Assembly: GCA_963674945.2 (NCBI GenBank) | Contig: CAXXWQ010000001.1 | Coordinates: forward strand, 288,001 to 352,000 | Origin: an uncultured Desulfosarcina sp. | Lineage (GTDB): Bacteria > Desulfobacterota > Desulfobacteria > Desulfobacterales > Desulfosarcinaceae | Length of the DNA: 64,000 nt | Reading direction: 5' to 3' | Shown: piece by piece, positions 1 through 9,522 of the stretch | Layout: every line of letters starts with the position of its first letter | Numbering within the stretch: the first letter of the stretch is position 1 | Notes under the pieces: generated by a model | Told to the model about the DNA's origin: nothing | What the model saw: only the letters and a program-made list of their open reading frames with translations | Databases searched by the model: none | Translations under genes and position numbers: made by a program

Positions 1-513
1 GATCGTTTTCTCGACTTCGCTTCCCGCCGGACCGACCAGCCGGGCATACTTGTAATCCATTTTTAAAAATTCGATTACCTTGCCGCTGACAGACAGGGCG
101 ATTTGGCCATTGGTCTTGTCATCGGTGAAAACGTGGATCTGTTTATTCAGCGTTCTGCCACCATAGCCGCTGGTGTTTACCTTGATGGTGATGGTTCCCT
201 CGCCACCGGCGGGGATCTGCCTCGGGTAGGAGGCGGCCGAGCACCCTCAACCGGTTTTGACGCGGGTGATGGCCAGGGGGCCATCGCCCGTGTTCTTAAT
301 CGAAAAATCGTGGCTGATCTGGGTGCCGTCCACCACCGGGTCGAAAACGAATTTCGGTTCCGGTATGATTGCCTTGGGTGCTTTGGCGATTTCCTCTATG
401 GCGGGGGCTTTTGCGGCGATGTGCTCATTTTCCGCCGCCGCTATAATGCCGTACGTGCACCCCAGCAACGCGATCACCGTCGCGATTAGAACAATATAGG
501 GCCTCATTGTCAT
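1..513 (-). CDS. DUF1573-like exported protein, probable selenoprotein (in-frame TGA at 247-249); runs off the window edge
   Basis: Signal peptide, then HDFSIKNTGDGPLAITRVKTG-TGA-GC; the frame stays open for 82 more codons (GCSAASYPRQIPAGGEGTITIKVNTSGYGG...) to position 1, matching the DUF1573 'V..CGC....I.PG..G.I' pattern. Confidence 0.75.
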
Positions 514-591
514 TTTCTCCTGTTATCGATTGTGTCGAACTTCGTGGCGCCAGATCGGTGCCCGTCCTTCGACAATGGTCTTACAGACCTT

Positions 592-618
592 TCATCGGCC
601 TAACAGACCTATCTCTTA
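592..618 (-). promoter_or_regulatory. Possible sigma-28 (FliA)-like promoter
   Basis: TAAG-N15-GCCGATGA versus consensus TAAA-N15-GCCGATAA. Confidence 0.3.
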
Positions 619-642
619 AGGACAGCTTGGGTCTATGTCAAG

Positions 643-3174
643 CTACATTAGAAAAAACGGGTCCACGTCGACGGCCACCCTGACCTGCCCACCGGTGGAC
701 CGGCTTTGTTTTTCTTCAAATACCCGGCGAAAGAAGCCCCGAAGGGTGCCGACATCCGGGCTCATGACCAGAATCTGCCATCGATAGTGGTTGGCAATGC
801 GTGCCAGTGGTGCTTCGATGGGGCCCATGACCTTGATTCTGTTTCGGTTCGGGGCCATGGCTCCCTTCAGCTCACGGAAGCGCTCGCCCAGTCCATGGGC
901 ATGCCCTGCGGTCTGCTCGGGATTTTTACCCGAGATGCGAACTGCCACCATGCGGGTAAACGGCGGATATCCCAGCATCCGTCGAAAACCGATCTCTTCT
1001 TTAAAAAAGTCCATGAAATTCTGCTTCTTCGCCGAGAGGATGGAAAAGTGGTTCGGGTTGTAGGTCTGAAGGATCACCTTCCCCGGACGTTTTCCCCGCC
1101 CCGCCCGACCGGCCACCTGCGCCAGAAGCTGGAAGGTCCGCTCTCCGGAACGGAAATCGGGGAAGTTCAAGGTCAGGTCGGCGCAGATGATGCCCACCAG
1201 CGTGATGCCCGAAAAGTCGTGACCCTTGGCCACCATTTGTGTGCCCACGAGGATGTCGATTCGTCTCTGTTTCAGATCCTTTAACAGTTTTACCATCGAT
1301 CCTTTGCGGGCCATGGTGTCCTTGTCCATGCGGGCCACCCGGGCACCGGGAAACAGATTTTCCAGCGCTTCCTGGATTTTTTCGGTCCCCACACCCAACA
1401 ACCTGATTTTGTCGGAACCGCAAGACGGGCAATTGGAAGAGGCGGCCCTTGTAAATCCGCAATAATGACAAAGAAATGCGTTGATCCGCTTGTGCAGGGT
1501 CAAGGAGATGTCACAATTTTTACACCGGATGGGATTGCCGCAGTGGCCACAGACGGGAGATGCTGAAAATCCCCTTCGATTCAGAAATATCAGGGCCTGA
1601 TCGCCCTTGGCCAGAGTTTCGCGGATGGCCGTTTTCAAAGGAGGCGTGATGAACCGGTCGATTCCGCGATCATCGCGGCTTTGGGACAGATCAACGGTTT
1701 GTATGGCCGGCAGCGGGTGGCGGTTGATGCGTTGTGTAAGATGTATTGATTTATACTTTCCAACGGTTACATTGTGCCAGGACTGGACCGATGGCGTGGC
1801 CGATCCCAACACCACCAGGGCATCGTGGTGACGGGCCAAGACGACGGCCAGGTCCCGGGCATTATAATGGAGTCCCCCTTCCTGTTTGTAGGAAGGGTCG
1901 TGTTCCTCGTCCACGACGATCAGGCCGAGGTCGTCGAAGGGCGCGAAAATGGAAGATCGAACCCCTACGGCGATGCGTGCTTCCCCTTTTGCGATGCGTT
2001 GCCATTGATCGTATCGCTCTCCTTTGGAAAGGCCGCTGTGGAGAACGGCCACCGTTTCTCCGAACCGGGCACGGAAGCGACGTTCGGTCTGGGAAATGAG
2101 GGCGATTTCCGGCACCAATACCAACACCCGCAGGTCTTTGTTCATGGCTGTTTCTGCAAGTCGCAGATAAACCTCTGTTTTCCCGCTGCCGGTAACCCCG
2201 GCCAAAAGGACCGTTTCAAACCCTTTTCCCAAAAGATGCGCCATGGTGTCAACGGCAACGCACTGCTCATCGGTGAGCGTCGGCGGCGTGTCCGGCGCGA
2301 TGGGGTCACCGAAGGGATCGCGGCAAACGATTGTTTCATGGACGGTAACCTGGCCGGCCTTTTCCATGGCACGAACCAGTGCCGGGGCCGTATGGATGTT
2401 TTCCGACAGGGAGGCAACACTGAGATCGCCCTCGGTCTTCAGTCGATCCAGGATGGTCTGGCGTTTCGCACTGAGGCGGCCGATGATGGGTTCGTCGGTG
2501 CGGGCCGATACCATTTTTACGGTCTTCGGTCGGATCTGACGTTCCCTGATCCGTCTCTCCATCCGTATCCAGCCTTTTTTTTGCATTCGATGCAAGAGCA
2601 CCCGTGAAACGGGTTGGCCCATGGCCTTTTTCAACTGCCCGATGGAGGAGGGCGTCCTGACAAGGGCGTCGAGAACGCGCTTTTCAATGGGCGACGGTCC
2701 TTGGGAACCAAGCGCCGTCGTACCACCGTCGTCGATACGGACAACGGCCATATCAGTCAGATTCAAGCCGGCCGGAAGGGCGGTGTGAATCACCATTCCC
2801 AAGGGATGCATATAGTAGTCGGCGATCCATCGGAAAAAGGGGATCATTGCCGCCGGAAAGATGGGGGTATCGTCCAATACGTCCAGGATGTGTCGGAGCT
2901 GTGGAAGATCCGTTTGATCTCCCGGTCCCAACAGGTATCCGGTGACGGTCCGTTTTCCGAACGGAACCAATACCCTTTTCCCTGCGATGGCCTGGTGTAC
3001 CAGGTGGTCCGGAACGCTGTAACAATAGGTTTCGTGAAGGGGAAGGGCCACCGCAATAGTTACGATCTGTTCCTTACAACCCATTTTGCCGTAGTTGTCA
3101 TTGGGGACGCCAGCCATTGGATTCCAGATATCGGTGCTTTTGGACCGCTTTTTACTTTTCAATGGGTTGTACAC
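643..3174 (-). CDS. priA: Primosomal protein N' (true start probably nearer 3084)
   Basis: GVTGSGKT Walker A, DEEH box, four CxxC zinc motifs, QVAGRAGR, C-terminal VDVDP. Confidence 0.97.
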   Translation of the reverse strand: MYNPLKSKKRSKSTDIWNPMAGVPNDNYGKMGCKEQIVTIAVALPLHETYCYSVPDHLVHQAIAGKRVLVPFGKRTVTGYLLGPGDQTDLPQLRHILDVLDDTPIFPAAMIPFFRWIADYYMHPLGMVIHTALPAGLNLTDMAVVRIDDGGTTALGSQGPSPIEKRVLDALVRTPSSIGQLKKAMGQPVSRVLLHRMQKKGWIRMERRIRERQIRPKTVKMVSARTDEPIIGRLSAKRQTILDRLKTEGDLSVASLSENIHTAPALVRAMEKAGQVTVHETIVCRDPFGDPIAPDTPPTLTDEQCVAVDTMAHLLGKGFETVLLAGVTGSGKTEVYLRLAETAMNKDLRVLVLVPEIALISQTERRFRARFGETVAVLHSGLSKGERYDQWQRIAKGEARIAVGVRSSIFAPFDDLGLIVVDEEHDPSYKQEGGLHYNARDLAVVLARHHDALVVLGSATPSVQSWHNVTVGKYKSIHLTQRINRHPLPAIQTVDLSQSRDDRGIDRFITPPLKTAIRETLAKGDQALIFLNRRGFSASPVCGHCGNPIRCKNCDISLTLHKRINAFLCHYCGFTRAASSNCPSCGSDKIRLLGVGTEKIQEALENLFPGARVARMDKDTMARKGSMVKLLKDLKQRRIDILVGTQMVAKGHDFSGITLVGIICADLTLNFPDFRSGERTFQLLAQVAGRAGRGKRPGKVILQTYNPNHFSILSAKKQNFMDFFKEEIGFRRMLGYPPFTRMVAVRISGKNPEQTAGHAHGLGERFRELKGAMAPNRNRIKVMGPIEAPLARIANHYRWQILVMSPDVGTLRGFFRRVFEEKQSRSTGGQVRVAVDVDPFFLM

Positions 3175-3398
3175 TCAGGTGGAAGGGGTACAGCCGGATG
3201 ATGGCAGCCGAAATAACAATATAATATAGCCCCAGGTGGTTGTGGTTTCAACCCTGCATTTTTGCCTTTCTCCTTCAAATACGGTTACCCTGATTGCGAA
3301 CGGCTGCAATACCTGATACAAAGAAAAGAAGAAACATCCGCTACGGGCGGTTTATATCTGTCGGAAATTATCCATATACAAATCGATGGAGGTGTAAG

Positions 3399-3701
3399 AT
3401 GCGCAGCAATCATTGTAAAGGCCTTTTCATTTTCATGGTCGCCTTTGCGTTTTTGTCGGTTCCTTGCACGAGTGCACTTGCCCAGAGCCTGGAACAGGAC
3501 AGTGATATCATTGCGGGAAAGATGACAGGTGATGCACTGATTCTCAGACCATTGAGCCTCGCAGCAACCGTGGTTGGCAGTGCCGTCTTTATCGTGTCCC
3601 TGCCGTTTTCCGCCTTGGGGAGAAATACCGGTTCCGCATTCGACTTCCTGGTGGCCGACCCGTTTCTGTTTACGTTCAGTCGGCCCCTGGGCGAGTTCTA
3701 A
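3399..3701 (+). CDS. Small conserved exported/membrane protein
   Basis: GGAGGT RBS before ATG 3399; signal peptide; 'D.LI.RPL.LAATVVG...F.VSLPFSALG...P..FTF.RPLGEF' pattern of a widespread small family. Confidence 0.75.
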   Translation: MRSNHCKGLFIFMVAFAFLSVPCTSALAQSLEQDSDIIAGKMTGDALILRPLSLAATVVGSAVFIVSLPFSALGRNTGSAFDFLVADPFLFTFSRPLGEF

Positions 3702-3778
3702 CCGTCCGAATCACTTTTTTCCAAATTATTCGTATTCATGGACCGGTGTGATCCGCCGGCAGCAAGCAGGAGGTCTGC

Positions 3779-4405
3779 GTGCCCGTACATTTAGTGAAAC
3801 ACCCGTTGATCCGGCATAAGCTCGGACTCATGCGCATGCACGATGTGTCCATCAAACAGTTCAGAGAGCTTGCCAACGAACTGGCCACGCTGCTCACCTA
3901 TGAGGCGACCAAAGATCTGGAAACGGAAACCATAACCATCCAGGGCTGGGCGGGAGATGTGGTCGTCGAAAACATCAAGGGAAAGAAGATTACCGTGGTG
4001 CCGATATTGCGTGCCGGTCTCGGGATGATGGACGGCGTGTTGAATCTCATCCCCTCCGCCCGGGTAAGTGTCGTGGGGCTGTACCGCAACGAAGAGACCC
4101 TGGAGCCGGTGCGATATTACGTGAAGATGACCAGCAATATCAAAGAGCGGATTGCCTTGATACTGGATCCCATGCTGGCAACGGGCGGAACCCTGGTCGC
4201 CACCATCGATCTGCTCAAGGAAGCCGGTTGCCGGCAGATCCGGGGCCTGTTTCTCGTTGCCGCACCCGAAGGACTGGAACGTTTGAAAAAGGCCCATCCG
4301 GACGTGGATGTGTACGTCGCGGCAATCGATGAAAAACTAAACGATATCGGATACATTATTCCGGGGCTGGGCGACGCGGGCGATAAGATCTTCGGTACCA
4401 AGTAA
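3779..4405 (+). CDS. upp: Uracil phosphoribosyltransferase
   Basis: [44 protein letters not shown]. Confidence 0.98.
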   Translation: MPVHLVKHPLIRHKLGLMRMHDVSIKQFRELANELATLLTYEATKDLETETITIQGWAGDVVVENIKGKKITVVPILRAGLGMMDGVLNLIPSARVSVVGLYRNEETLEPVRYYVKMTSNIKERIALILDPMLATGGTLVATIDLLKEAGCRQIRGLFLVAAPEGLERLKKAHPDVDVYVAAIDEKLNDIGYIIPGLGDAGDKIFGTK

Positions 4406-4426
4406 ATCTTTTCTCTCTGGACGCGA

Positions 4427-4492
4427 AGTCAACATCGATGGTGAATTCGTTGGCAAAAATCCAAGTCACCCGCCATGCGGGTGGCGTTGACT
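4427..4492. repeat. IS200/IS605-end-like palindrome (degenerate non-autonomous remnant)
   Basis: CAAGTCACCCGCCATGCGGGTGGCGTTGACT at 4462-4492, bracketed by AGTCAAC at 4427; similar copy at 51972-52003. Confidence 0.5.
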
Positions 4493-4513
4493 CGGAAACG
4501 ACATGATTTTTAC

Positions 4514-5746
4514 ATGAAACGCGCCGTCATCGTCGTGGGCCGTGTATTTTTCCCCTTTGCCGCCGGCTATTTTCTCTCCTATCTCTATCGCGTGGTCAAC
4601 GCCGTCATCGCAACGGACCTGGTTGCTGACCTTGGAATCGGTCCGTCCTCCCTGGGGCTCTTGACATCCACCTATTTCATCGCTTTCGCTTCGTTTCAGT
4701 TGCCGCTCGGTGTGTTGCTCGATCGATTTGGCCCCCGGAAGGTGGAGGGAATTCTGCTCCTTTTTGCGGCGGCGGGTGCCTTTGTTTTCTCCCGTTCAGA
4801 CTCACTGGCAGGGTTGGTGGTTGGAAGGGCCCTCATCGGATTTGGCGTTTCGTCATGCCTGATGGCCGCTTTTAAGGCGTATACGCTTTGGTTTGCCATG
4901 GAGAGATGGCCCCTGGTCAACGGATTTCAGATGGCTGCCGGCGGCCTGGGGGCACTTGCCGCTACCGCCCCGGTACAGACGGCTCTTACTGTGACCGACT
5001 GGCGCGGTGTATTTCTGGTGCTGGCCATTTTTACCGTCGTGGTCGCCGTGATCGTCGTTCTCGCAGTGCCCGAAAAATCCACCGCAGATTCATACGAGCG
5101 CCTGAGGGACCAGGTACGGGGTGTGAAGACGGTTTTTACCAGTATGGCGTTCTGGCGGACGGCGCCGCTGACCACCATGTCCCAGGCATCTTTTCTCTCC
5201 ATTCAGGGATTGTGGGCCGGTCCATGGCTCAAGGATGTGGCGGGTTTGAGTCGTGAGGCGATGGCCGGCGTCCTTTTCTGGGTTGCCGTGGCCATGATCG
5301 TGGGGTTTATCTCCCTGGGGTTTCTGGCAGGCCGCCTCAGCCGTCTGGGGTTGGGTGTGCTGACAACGGCTGTTACGGGAATGGGGGCCTTCATGGGGAT
5401 TCAATTTTTGATCGTGGTTGCACCTGCAGCCTGGAATCGATTTCTGTGGATACTCTTCGGTTTTTTCGGCACATCCGGAATCATTGCGTATGCCGCCATG
5501 TCTCAACGGTTCCCGCGCCGTCTGTCCGGGCGTGTGACCACGGCCATCAACCTGCTGGTGTTTTTGGCGGCCTTTGCCGGTCAGTGGGCCATCGGTGCCA
5601 TCATCGGATGTTGGCCCGTGGGCGTTGATGGAGGCTATTCCCAATCGGGTTACCAGGCGGGTTTTCTATCCATGTTAGTGCTTCAGGTGGTCGCGTTGAT
5701 CTGGTTTTTCGTGGCCGGTCGAATGATGGCCCGGAAGAAATCATGA
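4514..5746 (+). CDS. MFS transporter
   Basis: About 12 hydrophobic segments; motif A GVLLDRFGPRKV. Confidence 0.92.
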   Translation: MKRAVIVVGRVFFPFAAGYFLSYLYRVVNAVIATDLVADLGIGPSSLGLLTSTYFIAFASFQLPLGVLLDRFGPRKVEGILLLFAAAGAFVFSRSDSLAGLVVGRALIGFGVSSCLMAAFKAYTLWFAMERWPLVNGFQMAAGGLGALAATAPVQTALTVTDWRGVFLVLAIFTVVVAVIVVLAVPEKSTADSYERLRDQVRGVKTVFTSMAFWRTAPLTTMSQASFLSIQGLWAGPWLKDVAGLSREAMAGVLFWVAVAMIVGFISLGFLAGRLSRLGLGVLTTAVTGMGAFMGIQFLIVVAPAAWNRFLWILFGFFGTSGIIAYAAMSQRFPRRLSGRVTTAINLLVFLAAFAGQWAIGAIIGCWPVGVDGGYSQSGYQAGFLSMLVLQVVALIWFFVAGRMMARKKS

Positions 5747-5769
5747 AATAAACGAGATAGGCGAGGTGC

Positions 5770-6342
5770 ATGAAGATCTATACAAAGACAGGAGATGGGG
5801 GGAAAACCAGTCTGTTTAGCGGAGAGCGGGTATCCAAGACGAGTATGCGCATCGAAGCTTACGGCGATCTGGATGAACTGAATTCGATCATCGGCGCGGT
5901 TACCGCGGCCATGGGGAAACACGAAAGTGAGCAAAAGGCTGTACTTCAACAGATCCAGGGGCTCTTGCTGAATATCGGGGCATGGCTGGCCACCACGCCC
6001 GGGGCCGATTCCGTCCGGTTTTTGACGTCATTTCCCGAAGATTCGATTCAACTGTTGGAATCAAAGATCGACCAAATGAACGAACTCCTTGTCCCCCTAC
6101 GGCAGTTCGTGCTGCCCGGCGGTCACCCTTCCGCCGCGCTGGCACACGTGGCCCGAACGGTCTGCCGCAGGACCGAGCGACGCGTCATCGCGATGGTGGA
6201 GAGGGAAGACGGGCCGGAGGATACTTCCGAAACCATGAAAGAGATCCTGATTTTTTTGAATCGTCTCTCCGATTACTTCTTCGTGTTGGCCCGCTATTGC
6301 AATCATCTCACGAAAACCCTGGAAGTTACGTGGAACGGGTAG
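5770..6342 (+). CDS. PduO-type ATP:cob(I)alamin adenosyltransferase
   Basis: KIYTKTGDGGKTSL, YGDLDELNS, FVLPGG, HVARTVCRRTER, LNRLSDYFF. Confidence 0.95.
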   Translation: MKIYTKTGDGGKTSLFSGERVSKTSMRIEAYGDLDELNSIIGAVTAAMGKHESEQKAVLQQIQGLLLNIGAWLATTPGADSVRFLTSFPEDSIQLLESKIDQMNELLVPLRQFVLPGGHPSAALAHVARTVCRRTERRVIAMVEREDGPEDTSETMKEILIFLNRLSDYFFVLARYCNHLTKTLEVTWNG

Positions 6343-7004
6343 GGGAAAAGAACGCCCACCTATTGGAAATGGTGGCCAGAAATATTCTTGCTCTGGGTAT
6401 TTGCGAGGTCCGATTCCGCCGTCCCCCGCAATTGACCTTCGTTCCCGGTCAGTTCATGGAGTTCGTTGTCGGAGATATTACGCGGGACTACACCATGGTT
6501 TCTGCGCCGCAAGACCCGACCCTGGATTTTTGCATCGGCATCGTGCCCGGTGGAAGGTTTTCCGAGACGATCCAACGCGCAATAATCGGTTCCCGTTTTC
6601 AATTGTTCGGACCAAGCGGCCATTTCATTTTTCATCGGGCCAAGAATCCAGCCGTTTTCGTCGCAACGGGAACCGGGGTGGCGCCCTTCGTGGCCTTCTG
6701 CCGCAGCGGAGTGAAAGAGGCCCTCCTGCTTCACGGAGCGGGCAGCCCGGACCGGCTGGTTTACGGGGAGACGCTGCGCTCCGGCGTTTCGCGGTATGTG
6801 CCTTGTATCAGTCGTCTTTCGGAGAAGGAACGGGAAACCATCGATTGTCATCCCGGGCGGGTAACCGACTTTTTGGAAAAGGAACTACCGGTCGGCGCTT
6901 ATGACTTTTATCTTTGCGGCCGACGCGACATGATCCGGGACGCAACGGCCATCATCGACCGGCGGTTCGACGGGTCAAGGCTGTTTGTCGAGCCATACGA
7001 TTAG
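6330..7004 (+). CDS. FNR-family FAD/NAD(P)-binding oxidoreductase (start 6330 GTG or 6369 ATG)
   Basis: FVPGQF, RDYTMVS, GPSGHF, ATGTGVAPF, YLCG; the upstream part of the 340-aa ORF overlaps pduO and is spurious. Confidence 0.85.
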   Translation: MERVGEKNAHLLEMVARNILALGICEVRFRRPPQLTFVPGQFMEFVVGDITRDYTMVSAPQDPTLDFCIGIVPGGRFSETIQRAIIGSRFQLFGPSGHFIFHRAKNPAVFVATGTGVAPFVAFCRSGVKEALLLHGAGSPDRLVYGETLRSGVSRYVPCISRLSEKERETIDCHPGRVTDFLEKELPVGAYDFYLCGRRDMIRDATAIIDRRFDGSRLFVEPYD

Positions 7005-7011
7005 GTAGTGT

Positions 7012-7200
7012 CTAAACCGGTTGGAACACCATCTTCTTCTGACTATTATTATAGAGAACCATCCTGGCCTTGAGGATGCGTTCCTCTCCGAAGATATTGA
7101 CCATCCGCATGCCGTCGGCCGTCTCTTCGATGACATCCACATTTTCCAACACTTTCTCTTCCACTTGATTATTGAGAATAAATACATTGACGTCACACAT
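7012..7200 (-). CDS. cooT: CooT-family nickel-binding protein
   Basis: About 62 aa with N-terminal Met-Cys; E.VLENVD.IE and NIFGEERILKA pattern. Confidence 0.8.
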   Translation of the reverse strand: MCDVNVFILNNQVEEKVLENVDVIEETADGMRMVNIFGEERILKARMVLYNNSQKKMVFQPV

Positions 7201-7534
7201 GGTCATGCTCCCTTCGATGGTTGTTGAATCGCCTTTTCGTTCATCTTGACGGCACCGGATTGACAGACGATATGCAAAGGATTGATTTTTGATCTGCCAT
7301 TTTGAATAATCCAGGCACCGAATGCAATACCTGAATCGGCTGTCGCGATTTTTTTTGCCATGCAGCTACAAAACCGGCGCATCATTGATTCAGGCCTTTG
7401 ACTGGGAGCGATCATGATTGAAAAACACTTGACCCCCATGAAAATTGCAGGCACATTTCTGAAAATGTGAACATCTCCGGTGCGGGGGAGTCACTTTGAA
7501 ACGTGGAACATGCAAAGAGAAAATCGAAGAAAAG

Positions 7535-8014
7535 ATGATCCGACAGGCAACAAAAGAGGCACTCTTTCTCATCCTGATTTCCATCGGCCTGGCAATACTG
7601 GTGTATGCGGTCAGGTCCGATAAAGTGACGCTGCCGACGGTTGCGGGAATCGATGATTCTGCTACCGCAGTCACCCCAAAAAGCGTCGGCCCGTCAGAGA
7701 TCACCATTGAACAGGCACAACGCCTGTTCGAAAGTGATGCCGCTCTCTTTGCCGATGCCCGTAACCCAATCGACTTCGATGCGGGACATATCCGAGGGGC
7801 CGTTAACCTCTATGCGTTGGAGCCCGATGCATGGTTGCCCGATTTTTTCGTTACGACAGAACCGACGACTGTCATCGTCACCTATTGCGACGGCGAAGAT
7901 TGTCACCTGGCAAAGGATCTTGCCGTGATTCTGTTTAACAACGGTTTCGATCGGGTGCATCACTTGAAGGACGGTTGGGGGCAATGGAAAAGCCGGGGAT
8001 TGCCAATGGAATGA
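7535..8014 (+). CDS. Membrane-anchored rhodanese-like protein
   Basis: N-terminal TM helix, DAR..DF.AGHIRGAVN, active-site loop YCDGEDC, DGWGQW...GLP. Confidence 0.85.
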   Translation: MIRQATKEALFLILISIGLAILVYAVRSDKVTLPTVAGIDDSATAVTPKSVGPSEITIEQAQRLFESDAALFADARNPIDFDAGHIRGAVNLYALEPDAWLPDFFVTTEPTTVIVTYCDGEDCHLAKDLAVILFNNGFDRVHHLKDGWGQWKSRGLPME

Positions 8015-8103
8015 TGAGACGGTCGGTATCTCATTTCGCAGATTGATTCCGGTTTTTTGGCGACTGGGCGAAAGAAGTCATACAAACTTTTATCAACGAA
8101 GCA

Positions 8104-9522
8104 TTACCCCGTTTCGGGCTGCTGCTGTCGATAGGGCTGGGCCGTGATACCATAGCGACGCATGATTTGCTGCAATGCCTGGCGTTCGAGCCCGCAGGCG
8201 CGGGCCGCATGGGTCACATTTCCATTGTTTTGTGACAGCACATTGCCGATATATGCGGCGTTGAATCTTTTAAGATTGCTTTCCTTGGCGTCCTTATAGG
8301 GAAGATCGAGAAACGGCGTCATCTCCACCATGCCCAAGGGGGGAACCTTTGGCTCCAGTCCCACGTCTTTCAATGAGATTTCCTCTCCGGTGGAAAAGAG
8401 GATTCCTTGCAGGATCATGTTCTCCATTTCCCGTACGTTTCCCTCCCAGCGCCTGCCGACGAAAGCGCATATCAGTTCCTCCGAGAATTTTTTCAAAGGT
8501 TTTTTCAATTTGACACAATGCTTTTCGAGAAGGTGGTTTGCGATCAAAGGGATATCCTCGGGCCGCTCTCTAAGGGGTGGAAGCCGGATGGGAAGTACAT
8601 TGAGGCGGTAATAGAAATCTTCTCTGAACTCACCGGTTCTGATCTTCTGCTGCAGGTCCTGATTGGTGGAGGCAATGATACGAACATCCACGCGGATAGG
8701 ACGAGAATCCCCCAGCGGTTTGAGTTCCTTCTCCTGGAGCACCCGAAGCAGTTTGGTCTGGATGGTCGGCGTGATGTCTCCGATTTCATCCAGAAAGATG
8801 GTACCTGTATGGGCCTCCTGGAACATTCCCTTTCTGTTTCGGGTGGCGTGGGTAAACGCCCCCTTTTTGTAACCGAATAGTTCACTCTCCAAAATATGTT
8901 CCGGAACGGTGGGACAGTTTACGGCGATGAAGGGTCGTTTGCTGCGATTGCTCAAGGCATGAACCGCACGGGCGGTCAGATCCTTTCCCGTCCCTGATTC
9001 ACCTGTGATGAGGACGGTCAAATCGTTTTTGGCCACCATCCGGACGGTTTCGTAGACCCGCTGCATGGACCGGCTTTTTCCGACCATCTCCTGGAACATG
9101 TCGGTGGAGCTGCACTCGTGGTGAAGGCGTATATTTTCTTTGAGAAGACGACTGCGTTCGAAGGCTTTCTCCAGCCGCATCACCAACGCATCGTGGTCGA
9201 AGGGTTTGGTAATGAAATCGTAGGCACCACGTTTCATGGCCTCCACGGCCATATCGATGTGACCGAAAGCGGTCATCATGACAACGGTAATTTCTTCTCC
9301 CCTGTCCGATTTTATTCTTTCCAGCAGATCGAGGCCGCTGATGCCGGGCATTTTGATGTCGGCGAGTACCAGGTCGTAATCGGTGGCATTTATCATGGCC
9401 AGGGCGACTTCGCCCGAAGAAGCCGTGTCCACTTCACATCTCAGTTCCGGTGCCAGGCTGCGTTTGAGCAGGTTAAGCATGTCCGGTTCGTCATCGACAA
9501 TGAGAAGGTGCTGTACCGTCAT
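8104..9522 (-). CDS. Sigma-54-dependent (NtrC-family) response regulator
   Basis: Receiver (VDDE, DIKMP, TKP), GESGTGKD, GAFTHA, FLDEIG, FREDFYYRLNV, Fis-type HTH. Confidence 0.95.
   Translation of the reverse strand: MTVQHLLIVDDEPDMLNLLKRSLAPELRCEVDTASSGEVALAMINATDYDLVLADIKMPGISGLDLLERIKSDRGEEITVVMMTAFGHIDMAVEAMKRGAYDFITKPFDHDALVMRLEKAFERSRLLKENIRLHHECSSTDMFQEMVGKSRSMQRVYETVRMVAKNDLTVLITGESGTGKDLTARAVHALSNRSKRPFIAVNCPTVPEHILESELFGYKKGAFTHATRNRKGMFQEAHTGTIFLDEIGDITPTIQTKLLRVLQEKELKPLGDSRPIRVDVRIIASTNQDLQQKIRTGEFREDFYYRLNVLPIRLPPLRERPEDIPLIANHLLEKHCVKLKKPLKKFSEELICAFVGRRWEGNVREMENMILQGILFSTGEEISLKDVGLEPKVPPLGMVEMTPFLDLPYKDAKESNLKRFNAAYIGNVLSQNNGNVTHAARACGLERQALQQIMRRYGITAQPYRQQQPETG

Noticed and set aside
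103..489. Plus-strand ORFs at the window start
   Set aside because: Antisense to the DUF1573 read-through frame, which explains the region.
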